In this document: positions 49,634 to 58,519 of the stretch, in pieces | How positions within the stretch are numbered: the stretch's first letter is position 1 | Layout of the letters: every line of letters begins with the position of its first letter | Assembly (NCBI GenBank): GCA_020184695.1 | Contig: JAANOX010000243.1 | Span: forward strand, 62,001-126,000 | Length of the DNA stretch: 64,000 nt | Source of the DNA: Histomonas meleagridis 2922-C6/04-290x | Lineage: Eukaryota > Protista > Parabasalia | Reading direction: 5' to 3' | Made by a program: the position numbers and the translations under genes | The notes under the pieces: generated by a model | Told to the model about the DNA's origin: nothing | What the model saw: the letters and a program-made list of their open reading frames with translations, nothing else | Database searches by the model: none

Positions 49634-51517
49634 ATGTCTTTGAGCAACAGAATGGCGCAGAGGGAAAGGGAACTGAGGGAAAACTTACAGAACTCTTTGC
49701 GCGAGTTCTTTGCGTCACATGGATATCAACTTGGTCAGGACGTTGAGCTGAATTCTTTTGGCCAAATTAATAGTAGACAGTTATTTTTAAAACAGAGCGC
49801 ACTGGACTTTTTAATACAACAAGAGGCAATGCTCGAAGACGTACGTGAAATGCCTGAAATGTATAAGGAATTGGTTGACTTTATTGAACAAGTTCCTATT
49901 ATTCAAAAATTACAGTTGAAGCCATTATTATTCGCTTTCTTTTACCATACAGCAGTAAGCCTTTTTGACGCTAAAGAGGTTGATCTTGCTATAAGATTTT
50001 TTGAAAAAAATAGATACTTAGAAGATGGAAGTAAAGCTTTTCATTCAATACATGACCCAGATATTAAAAAACTCGAACAGTATTTAAAAGCAACATCCTT
50101 ATCTAAAGTATCACCTCTTTCAGTTACAACTTTTGCGACATCTTTAACAGAAACTACATATCAAGCCCTTGTATGTTTCCTCATGGACAGGTCATTCACA
50201 CGCTTTCTTTACATCCTTAGTAAGAGGCTTAATGTGACACATGTTCCAATTGATCATTTTACTTCACGACCAGATTTAATTCCCGGATTTATTTTTCATT
50301 CCACAGATCAACCTGAGCATCTTGCCACACCTATCACCGGACTTCTTTCCATTGATCCTATTCAGCAAGCAAAAAAATATCTTGGTGAGAAATGTAATTT
50401 CGAAATATTTGATGATGATCATAATCCAATAGATTGTGGGTTTCCTTTACCAGAAGCTTCACACGATCGAATCCTCTCAATTGCTAGTGACCTTATGAGC
50501 CTTGATTCACTTTCTAAGAATCATTTGCCATCATGCGCATATTTCACTTTCCAACAAGAAAACGTTGCATATGACATCAACAACACAGGAGTTCTCATAG
50601 CCGTTGTTACAGACCGTAATTACATCAAACTTTTGTCGACAAATGCATTTATTGATCTTGATGACAATTTGCCACTTAAACAAATCAACTCTCGGCAAGC
50701 ATCAATGGTACCACGTCCTTCTAATGGACAAGGCTACGAGTTTCCTTTCATGCGAACGATAACAGTTCCGAAAACATATTCGATTCGTTTTTCTCCAGAT
50801 TCTCGTCTATTATTATGTGGGCAAGCTAACACCATACAATTATGGAGTTGTGAAACGTCTACAGGATTTGCAATGATATCTTCTCCTTCTTGTATCATAT
50901 GGTGTGTAGATTGGTCACCTTATGGTTACCATTTTGTTACTGGTTCTGACGATTGTATAGCGATGCTTTGGACAATCGATCGGTCGAAGCCTCTGAGGAT
51001 GTTCGTTAACCATCAAGAGCCGATAACCGCCATTCGGTACCACCCCAACGCATCAACGATAGCAACCGCCTCGTATGATCGGTCTGTGATGTTATGGGAC
51101 ATTCGAACACAATCAAGCGATAAAAATCCGACATCTTCTTGTGCAAGAATGTTCGCAGAAAGTATAGACATTCCAAGGTGTATCGAGTTTACAAGAAATG
51201 GAAGAATTGTGATTTGTGGTGATTCTGGTGGAAAATTATCTACTTGGGATATAGGTGAAGGAAGAAAAATAGGTACAATTAGAGCTCATAAAGGACAGGT
51301 GAGAGATTTGACAATTAGCCAAGAAGGTACAATATTGGCATCAACTGGTCAAGATGGAGAAATTCATTTGTGGGAAATGAGCACACTTTGTAGTACTTCA
51401 GCAAGCGCTGCAGAGCCTTTAAGAAAGTTTCAGACAAAAAATTCTTATACAAATAGAATTGTGTTTAGTACAAGAAATTTGTTACACGCTATCGGAACAA
51501 CAAAAACACCAAAATAA
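49634..51517 (+). CDS. TAF5: TFIID subunit 5 (TAF5-like; NTD2 + WD40)
   Basis: MYKELVDFI..LKPLLFAFFYH (NTD2), LPSCAYFTF, WCVDWSPYGYHFVTGSDD, PLRMFVNH...YHPNASTIATASYDRSVMLWD. Confidence 0.85.
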   Translation: MSLSNRMAQRERELRENLQNSLREFFASHGYQLGQDVELNSFGQINSRQLFLKQSALDFLIQQEAMLEDVREMPEMYKELVDFIEQVPIIQKLQLKPLLFAFFYHTAVSLFDAKEVDLAIRFFEKNRYLEDGSKAFHSIHDPDIKKLEQYLKATSLSKVSPLSVTTFATSLTETTYQALVCFLMDRSFTRFLYILSKRLNVTHVPIDHFTSRPDLIPGFIFHSTDQPEHLATPITGLLSIDPIQQAKKYLGEKCNFEIFDDDHNPIDCGFPLPEASHDRILSIASDLMSLDSLSKNHLPSCAYFTFQQENVAYDINNTGVLIAVVTDRNYIKLLSTNAFIDLDDNLPLKQINSRQASMVPRPSNGQGYEFPFMRTITVPKTYSIRFSPDSRLLLCGQANTIQLWSCETSTGFAMISSPSCIIWCVDWSPYGYHFVTGSDDCIAMLWTIDRSKPLRMFVNHQEPITAIRYHPNASTIATASYDRSVMLWDIRTQSSDKNPTSSCARMFAESIDIPRCIEFTRNGRIVICGDSGGKLSTWDIGEGRKIGTIRAHKGQVRDLTISQEGTILASTGQDGEIHLWEMSTLCSTSASAAEPLRKFQTKNSYTNRIVFSTRNLLHAIGTTKTPK

Positions 51518-51589
51518 TGTTTTTATATCTAAACATAATATTATATATATATATATATCTTTTGGTTAATAGTAAAGAAATATTAACAT

Positions 51590-52250
51590 TCGGGTGTTGG
51601 ATGCTATTTTTTATGCACATAGTTATTTGCAATGTTGAGTTGTAACGAATGATACCAATTTTCCCCAATTCTACAGGGATAATGAAAACCTAACCCCTGT
51701 AACAAATATGTTGATAATAAGAAGAATCTAGAGTTGAACTTTTGGTTGGTTTTAATATACAATTTTACCATATGTCAATTATATATTACTGTGCAGACTA
51801 TTTGACTTAGAAAATGTATCTGATTTAGTAATTGCTTGTGTTATATGAAGATATTCATCTTTGGTTCAAATATTTCATTTAAAATTGTTTCTGTCAAACA
51901 GTTATTACGAAAAAAATTGGTGTAACAAATACTTCCAAATGCTGGGGAACTTCTCCATAAAATTTGCTCCAATATTTAGTCTTTCAAATTGCTTGCATTG
52001 AGAAAATGCATTAGATTCTTGTAAATGAACATGATTGATATGTAGAATTTTTAATTACATTGACATTATTTCCAGATTAAATAGTTAATAAGTTGGAATT
52101 TAATTGAAATGCAAATGATCCATTAATGTAACTGAATTTGGAACTTCGAATATTTTATTCGATAACAAATCAGTTATATGATGTGTTTATCATATAAAAC
52201 TCCTTCATTTCTAATCAGAAAAATATGAATTTTCTTTCGAAATATTTATA
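51590..52250 (-). pseudogene. Decayed BspA gene
   Basis: Reverse strand: KIFEVPNSVTL, ESNAFSQCKQFERLNIGAN, TKSDTFSKSN; collinear with 43815 but with many stops and indels. Confidence 0.75.
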
Positions 52251-52432
52251 TATCGAAGATTATTACAAGGAATTAATAAACACGATAATATTGAAGAAAC
52301 TTTACTTGAAATTGTAACCTATATAAAGTTATTATACATTAAATATTCACTTAACTTCACCAAAAAACACTTTTTCAAGATTATTACATCCGATGAATAC
52401 AAATTAATTTCTATTTTACATACAGTTACGCA

Positions 52433-54013
52433 TTACCATGCATACATTTCATCTTCATATGTATCAGCTTCAATCCATTCAACTTCTTCTTCTTCCTCAT
52501 TAACAACTTCATACTCCTCGAACTCTTCATTCGCTTGCGCATGTTCTTCTTCTTCGCCTTCGCTTTCTTCGTGTTCCATTTCGCTGTATTCGCAAATTTC
52601 AGTCAGTTCACTCAGACGCGTTCGCAGCACTTCGCACATTTCCAACAGTTCCTCGGGCAGTTCCTTGTCAAGTTGCTCATTCACTGCTTCCTCGAGTTCA
52701 TATTCGACGCATTCTTTAAGAACTTCTTTTTTCATTTTGCCATTTAATGCAAATTCGAGAATTAACAAAAGTGTTTCAACTCCAAAATGAATACATTCTG
52801 CCCAATCAGAATCCAAAAAATGTACAATTTCTTTGATCATTTTTGGCCCACAAATTAACATTGTGATGAACGGTTGATTAGAATGTAATGTACAATTTAA
52901 CGCTGTTAATGCTTTCACCTTAACTACATAACGCGCGTTATTGACAAGCTTCATTAAAACTAAAAGTAATTCTGTTTCTAAGATTTTTTGTACAATTTTC
53001 GAATCCGATTGGAATATTTCACATGACATTTCACATAATTTTAGTTCAACTTTTTTATCGCCAATTTTTGGAATTTTGATAAGAAATGTATTCCATTTGA
53101 TGTTATGGAATGATTGTTCACTTACAAGTTCATGTGGACATAAGATCAAAAGTTTAAACAATTCTAATAATTGTACTTGAGTTGCTTCAGAAGTCTTATG
53201 GAACGACGAGGAAATATACTTTAAATCAAATTCTTTTAGAAAATTTAAAGCAATTTCGGGACTAAGTGTTACATATTTGATACATAAGATAATTTCGGTA
53301 CTCTCAGCTGATGGTAATGAATAACCTAAAATGTTTTTAAGCAAATTACAAATCGGAAAAAGCATTTCAATTGTTGGGGTAGGATCGACTGATAACATGT
53401 TGATCAATACCCATATCATATGATCGTGATTGTGATCAAATATTTCGAAGTATAGGGTGGAAATAAGATCTACGCCATTGGCCATAATGAAAAATACACG
53501 ACATTCATTGGAATTATATAGAAGATTTCGGAGAAATGCAAGTGAAGCTGTACCTATAGATCTATTGCCATCAAAGTTTGGATCAGATAATGAAATTATT
53601 GTGATACGAATTAAAAAATTGATGAATTCTTGGTTTTCAAAATATTCGGAAGATTCACTAACAATCCCTGTTAAGGCAACAGCAGTACATAAAGCTTCAT
53701 AAAGTATAAGATTGTTTTGTTTAGGATTGATTAAATTAAATAAAATTCTGGAAATTTCTTCAATTGAAATTATTTCATTAACTTGAGTTGAATTATTAAT
53801 TAAAGCTGCTTTTAAGAAAGCAAGTTGGCGAGTAATCAAAACAGCATCCGAAGAATTTAATGATTCTTTAAATTGGAAGTAGTGAGAATTTAAATCAAAT
53901 TTATATGTTACATTTGATGGTGTAGTTGTTGGGAAAACAGGGTCGCATTCATCAAAATCGAAGTCAGGTTTGATAAATCCATCAAATACAACAGATTTCT
54001 TATACTCTGTCAT
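52433..54013 (-). CDS. Importin-alpha-like ARM-repeat protein with an acidic C-terminal tail
   Basis: SLAFLRNLLYNSNECRVFF, WVLINMLSVDPTP (~WxLSNLCRGKxP); Glu-rich tail. Confidence 0.65.
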   Translation of the reverse strand: MTEYKKSVVFDGFIKPDFDFDECDPVFPTTTPSNVTYKFDLNSHYFQFKESLNSSDAVLITRQLAFLKAALINNSTQVNEIISIEEISRILFNLINPKQNNLILYEALCTAVALTGIVSESSEYFENQEFINFLIRITIISLSDPNFDGNRSIGTASLAFLRNLLYNSNECRVFFIMANGVDLISTLYFEIFDHNHDHMIWVLINMLSVDPTPTIEMLFPICNLLKNILGYSLPSAESTEIILCIKYVTLSPEIALNFLKEFDLKYISSSFHKTSEATQVQLLELFKLLILCPHELVSEQSFHNIKWNTFLIKIPKIGDKKVELKLCEMSCEIFQSDSKIVQKILETELLLVLMKLVNNARYVVKVKALTALNCTLHSNQPFITMLICGPKMIKEIVHFLDSDWAECIHFGVETLLLILEFALNGKMKKEVLKECVEYELEEAVNEQLDKELPEELLEMCEVLRTRLSELTEICEYSEMEHEESEGEEEEHAQANEEFEEYEVVNEEEEEVEWIEADTYEDEMYAW

Positions 54014-54088
54014 GTCGCCAAAATGGATTTTAATTTTAAACGGTCATTGAGTTCAGTCATTGTCACTTTTTAATAACAAAATACTGTG

Positions 54089-54697
54089 ATGAACTTTGGT
54101 GGGTTTGGCTACACAACAAACACTGATCAAGTTACCGATGACCAAAGAAACGAATTTAAGCAACAATTCACTGGGAAAACAGTACAAGAAGTTTTAGAAT
54201 ATTTTGAAACAAAATTGGAGAAACAAGAAAATAAATATCTAAAAACATCTCGTTTTGTGCTCAGAACAGATAGAAAAATATTTGAGTGCTTAGAGGTATT
54301 GGCCCACCTTAATGATCAAACCAAAAAAATCGAACAAATTTTTGAACAATTAAATGAAGATTTAAAAAAATTGCAAGAAGAACAAAAACAATTTATAAAA
54401 GGTTTAGACAATGACAAAACGCCACCCCAAAAGAGTGGATCCATTATAGATAGAAGACTTGAATTATATCAATTAGCAGAAGATCTCCACACAGAATTAT
54501 TATCAATGTCAAAGAAACTCTCAGAAATATTCCAAAAAATGAGGGATCAAAAGCAGCAAAGTGAAGCAAATGATGACATCGAAAAAATATCAGCTATTGC
54601 AAATTTCCATTACAAATCTCTTGCACACCTTGACACCACAACGAACAAAATGAATGAAAGGTTAGAAAAACTCAGAAATAAGCTTTCTTCGCATTAA
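54089..54697 (+). CDS. NUP62: Nsp1/Nup62-like C-terminal coiled-coil nucleoporin with almost no FG region
   Basis: ATG at 54089 after Inr GTCACTTT; KTVQEVLEYFETKLEKQENKYLKTSRFVLRTDRKI, RRLELYQLAEDLHTELLSM and IEKISAIANFHYKSLAHLD align by eye with the three Nsp1_C helices. Confidence 0.7.
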   Translation: MNFGGFGYTTNTDQVTDDQRNEFKQQFTGKTVQEVLEYFETKLEKQENKYLKTSRFVLRTDRKIFECLEVLAHLNDQTKKIEQIFEQLNEDLKKLQEEQKQFIKGLDNDKTPPQKSGSIIDRRLELYQLAEDLHTELLSMSKKLSEIFQKMRDQKQQSEANDDIEKISAIANFHYKSLAHLDTTTNKMNERLEKLRNKLSSH

Positions 54698-54749
54698 AAA
54701 ATAAAGATATATAAAAGTTTTATTTAATACAAAAAACATGATTTTATTT

Positions 54750-57700
54750 TCAAATTTTGCGTTTTTGAGTTATTTTTTGCACAAGTTTGATTGTTTCTTG
54801 GCTTAATGTTTCATTTTTTGTTGTGCATAATTTTAATAATGTTTGAATAAAATCATCACATTCCAAAATAATCTGTGGGTCTATTTCTATTTCTAACATT
54901 TCTTTTATCATTTCGATAAAATCTATATATTTTTTCTCATCAAGAACAGATCGAATTATTTTTTCTTCATTAATTAATTTCATTATCATTTTATCAAATC
55001 CTTTTTGTATCATTTCTAAATTACTAAATGCAAATGAAATCAATTCTTTTTTATTGTTTTCTTGACAAAAGCATTTAAAAAATAACGTATAGAAAACCGG
55101 TTTTTGTAAACCAAACAAAACGAACAAATTCAAATCGAACAAATTCAACAAATTCATTTTCGGTTCTATTATTTGTATAATTTTATTTTTCAATACATTA
55201 TAATTTCTTCCTGTAACTATTAAATCTTTTATTAACAATGAATCATTTAAAAACATATCCAATGAAATAGGAAATTCGAAAAATTTTTGTATATAATTTA
55301 TATCAAATCGATCGAAATAACATAAAATTTTCTTTAAACAAAAACAGCGATTTTCTTCAACAAAAGAATTGGAATAAAGTGATAAAATCGAATCAATTGA
55401 TTTTGTTATTAAAATTTTATATTCCAATAGATTTAATAAGAAATCAATTAATTCCAATAACTTTGAAACATTTAAAATTCTTAAATTCGAAATTGCATTA
55501 AAAACTGAATGCGTTGCAACATGAAGAAAAGGTTTATCAAGTTGGAAAGTACAAAACAAAAACATGATTTTTATCCATATATTAAACAATGACGAATCAA
55601 TTTTATCTGCGATTTTCGGAAATGTTTCAGATAAAACTGTTGAACATCCATGTAAATCGAATTTGTTTGGATTTTTCACATAATTTTCAACAATTTTTAA
55701 GTATATGTTTGTAGATTTAGAAATAACTTCAATGTTATCACATAATAATAATGTTATAAATGAACGAGTTATTTCTCCAGCTTTAATTGAAGAATTCGAT
55801 TTATTATTCATCGATAAATCATAAATAACTAATAATAAGTCATCAATAAGTTCGTCATAGCCTCCAATGCATTGACAACATTGGATAATGCCTTGAATGA
55901 CCATAAGCGATGATTCGATTTGAGAGATATTAAAGATAAGGGGATGAAGTATCATATTTATTATGAAGTTTAGTAAGTCTTCATTAAATTGTTGATAAAA
56001 TGTATTAACTAAATTAAAAAACGTTTGTAATGATGATTCTTGAATATTTATTCGTGTATCATTAAAAAACCTCATGATAGTCTTAAATAAATATTTCCAT
56101 GTGGCACTATTTCCATTCGTTAATAAAGTGGTTCCAATATTCCATAATAATCCAATTGATCCTAATGCAATATTAATCTCTTTATCTTGTGAAATATATG
56201 TTGATATAGTAGATAAACATACTTCTAAATCTGTCGTCTGTAAATTCATTATACAATCATTACAAATATAAGTTAAAGCACGAAATCCATTTTGAATGTT
56301 CTCAGGAAATGGGGTGGTCCAAACAACCTTCAAAATTGTGAGGATTTTGATCCAATCATTACTCATATTTTCAATTGATATTTCGGCTAAAAACGATGGA
56401 AGATAAGAAACGGTCGTAACCGAAACATCACGATACGAAGAATTTGTTGCAATAAAAATTGTATCATAAACATATCTTCGACAAGATTCAGGTGCTTCTT
56501 TAGAGTTTAGCACAGCTTTTGATATCTCAAATAATGAATTTACTGCTTGTAATCTACAATCAGTTGATTCACATTGAAAGTTTTGGTCGAAAAAATCAAA
56601 AAAATCATTTTCGATTAAATTTGTTCTTTGGATATTATTTAAGAACACGTAACATAACGTTTTAATTGGCCAATGATTTGGTACTGTACTTTTATTTTCG
56701 GAAATAATTTTTAGATCATTTTTACACAAGGTTAATATTATATTAAACAAATCAATAAATTTCTCATTTTCCAAATTAGAAGAAAAAGATATTAACGAAG
56801 GCTGTATTAAACCTAATGCTTTTATATCAGCGTTACTTCTTTTATGTGACGCTGTATGATAACATTTCGATATAGTTTCGAATATTAATGGCCAAAATTT
56901 ACATAATTTTGCTCCATCAGTTTTAGTTATTCGTATTAAATATTTTAACGCTATAAAACCTTTCGGCTCAAGTGGATATGCTGCACTTTCAGGTACTGCT
57001 AATCCACAAATGGATGCAAAAATGCGATTTGCTGGATCAATGTCATTAATCTTTAATGATGAAGTAATACATTGTAATGATACTTCTAATGATGAATTAA
57101 GTGTTACATAATTATTTGTAGAATGTATAACACGTTGCCATATAAACTCAAAATTATTATAAAAATCATGAAAACTTTCAATAAAAAAATCAATTTGAAG
57201 AATTTGGAAATATATAATAACTATACATGAAATAATTGTTCTGTTTTGATTTGGATTATATGGATCAAATGACTTTAAATAAATTCCATTGTTATGATAA
57301 AGTTTGATTTCTTCTGTTAAATTCCCTTTAAAATTGGATAAAAAATATGAAATCGAATTTTGTGATATTTGTAACATTTGTTCTTTGGTAAATAGTAAAT
57401 GTTGAAGATATGGATTACTCGAAACAATTGCTGCTATCGCATCTAAAACTAAAGGTGTCTTCCCTAAATAATTCATTAGTTTTAAAAAAAGTTGTTTTGC
57501 TTCAGTTTGATCAGTTTGAGTAAAATGAATAATTAGGTGAACTGAAAAAAGTGACAACAGTTCGAAAGCCGTTTGCAAATTAACGTATTTATAAAGTAAA
57601 TTTTCTGTTTTGGCGAATTCTTCATATCTTGAAAGTAAATCAAAATAGTAATCAAGAATGTGTTTAAGGAGTGATGAAGGAAATTTGGTGTCTTTAAATG

Positions 57701-58388
57701 TAAATTCTTTTGTTTCAAGATTATTTAAATAAAATAAAATATCATTGACTAAAATGAAAAAATATTTAACTGCCCAATGATCTTCTGGAACAATCTGAAA
57801 GTCTTGCGCATTCATTTGATGCGATGATGAACTTGAATTTGTATCATCAAAATTTTGAATTCTTTCGCTTTTAATTGAATTTTGTATTGTTCTACCAGTA
57901 ATTTGCGTGTAAAGTGCATCTGTTATTTGATAAGAAGTTGCTTCTGCAACTTGCTGAACTAAAACAGAGGATGAATAGATCATTGAAAAAACCCATTTCG
58001 AAGTTTTGATTCTTGGGTCTATAAAATTGCTTTTGGATAAAAATACTGATAATGTGAGTTGGAGGATTTTTAAGGAAATTGTTTCATTTTGGATTGGTAA
58101 TAATTTTTCAATATTCTCTAAAATGAAAGAAATGGCTGAAGCAGAAAATGAATTAATTTCTATTAATTTTCGGATAACAGAGATCCAAGAAAGTATGTTA
58201 TTAGATTTTTTTTGTGAATTTACTAATTCTTGGAATAATAATAAAAATGGATTTGATTCAGAAATTTCTAATGTTGTCTTTGACTGAAGCATCGAAATTA
58301 TTGAGTTAATTGCATCCTTTGCAGCTGCCCTTGTTTCGGATGAAATTAAAGACTTGAGATCAGATAATAATTGTTTCTTTGTTTCCAT
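54750..58388 (-). CDS. MON2: MON2-like Arf-GEF-family scaffold
   Basis: DCB-like N-terminus KQLLSDLKSL; YISQDKEINIALGSIGLLWNI and FNDTRINIQESSLQTFF are Mon2_C motifs. Confidence 0.8.
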   Translation of the reverse strand: METKKQLLSDLKSLISSETRAAAKDAINSIISMLQSKTTLEISESNPFLLLFQELVNSQKKSNNILSWISVIRKLIEINSFSASAISFILENIEKLLPIQNETISLKILQLTLSVFLSKSNFIDPRIKTSKWVFSMIYSSSVLVQQVAEATSYQITDALYTQITGRTIQNSIKSERIQNFDDTNSSSSSHQMNAQDFQIVPEDHWAVKYFFILVNDILFYLNNLETKEFTFKDTKFPSSLLKHILDYYFDLLSRYEEFAKTENLLYKYVNLQTAFELLSLFSVHLIIHFTQTDQTEAKQLFLKLMNYLGKTPLVLDAIAAIVSSNPYLQHLLFTKEQMLQISQNSISYFLSNFKGNLTEEIKLYHNNGIYLKSFDPYNPNQNRTIISCIVIIYFQILQIDFFIESFHDFYNNFEFIWQRVIHSTNNYVTLNSSLEVSLQCITSSLKINDIDPANRIFASICGLAVPESAAYPLEPKGFIALKYLIRITKTDGAKLCKFWPLIFETISKCYHTASHKRSNADIKALGLIQPSLISFSSNLENEKFIDLFNIILTLCKNDLKIISENKSTVPNHWPIKTLCYVFLNNIQRTNLIENDFFDFFDQNFQCESTDCRLQAVNSLFEISKAVLNSKEAPESCRRYVYDTIFIATNSSYRDVSVTTVSYLPSFLAEISIENMSNDWIKILTILKVVWTTPFPENIQNGFRALTYICNDCIMNLQTTDLEVCLSTISTYISQDKEINIALGSIGLLWNIGTTLLTNGNSATWKYLFKTIMRFFNDTRINIQESSLQTFFNLVNTFYQQFNEDLLNFIINMILHPLIFNISQIESSLMVIQGIIQCCQCIGGYDELIDDLLLVIYDLSMNNKSNSSIKAGEITRSFITLLLCDNIEVISKSTNIYLKIVENYVKNPNKFDLHGCSTVLSETFPKIADKIDSSLFNIWIKIMFLFCTFQLDKPFLHVATHSVFNAISNLRILNVSKLLELIDFLLNLLEYKILITKSIDSILSLYSNSFVEENRCFCLKKILCYFDRFDINYIQKFFEFPISLDMFLNDSLLIKDLIVTGRNYNVLKNKIIQIIEPKMNLLNLFDLNLFVLFGLQKPVFYTLFFKCFCQENNKKELISFAFSNLEMIQKGFDKMIMKLINEEKIIRSVLDEKKYIDFIEMIKEMLEIEIDPQIILECDDFIQTLLKLCTTKNETLSQETIKLVQKITQKRKI

Positions 58389-58519
58389 CCGAGGGCAGTT
58401 GCTTCATAAAGTATTCAAAACGAGCACAACGATAAGTATACAAATTTTTCATTTGGTTTAAAGGAATTCATTTTTCATTCTCATTAAGTCAAAAATTTAA
58501 AAAATATAAAAATATTTAC

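Noticed and set aside
8994-58388. Impression that long genes are GC-richer at their ends than in the middle
   Set aside because: Qualitative only; it needs a sliding-window GC3 computation that could not be run.
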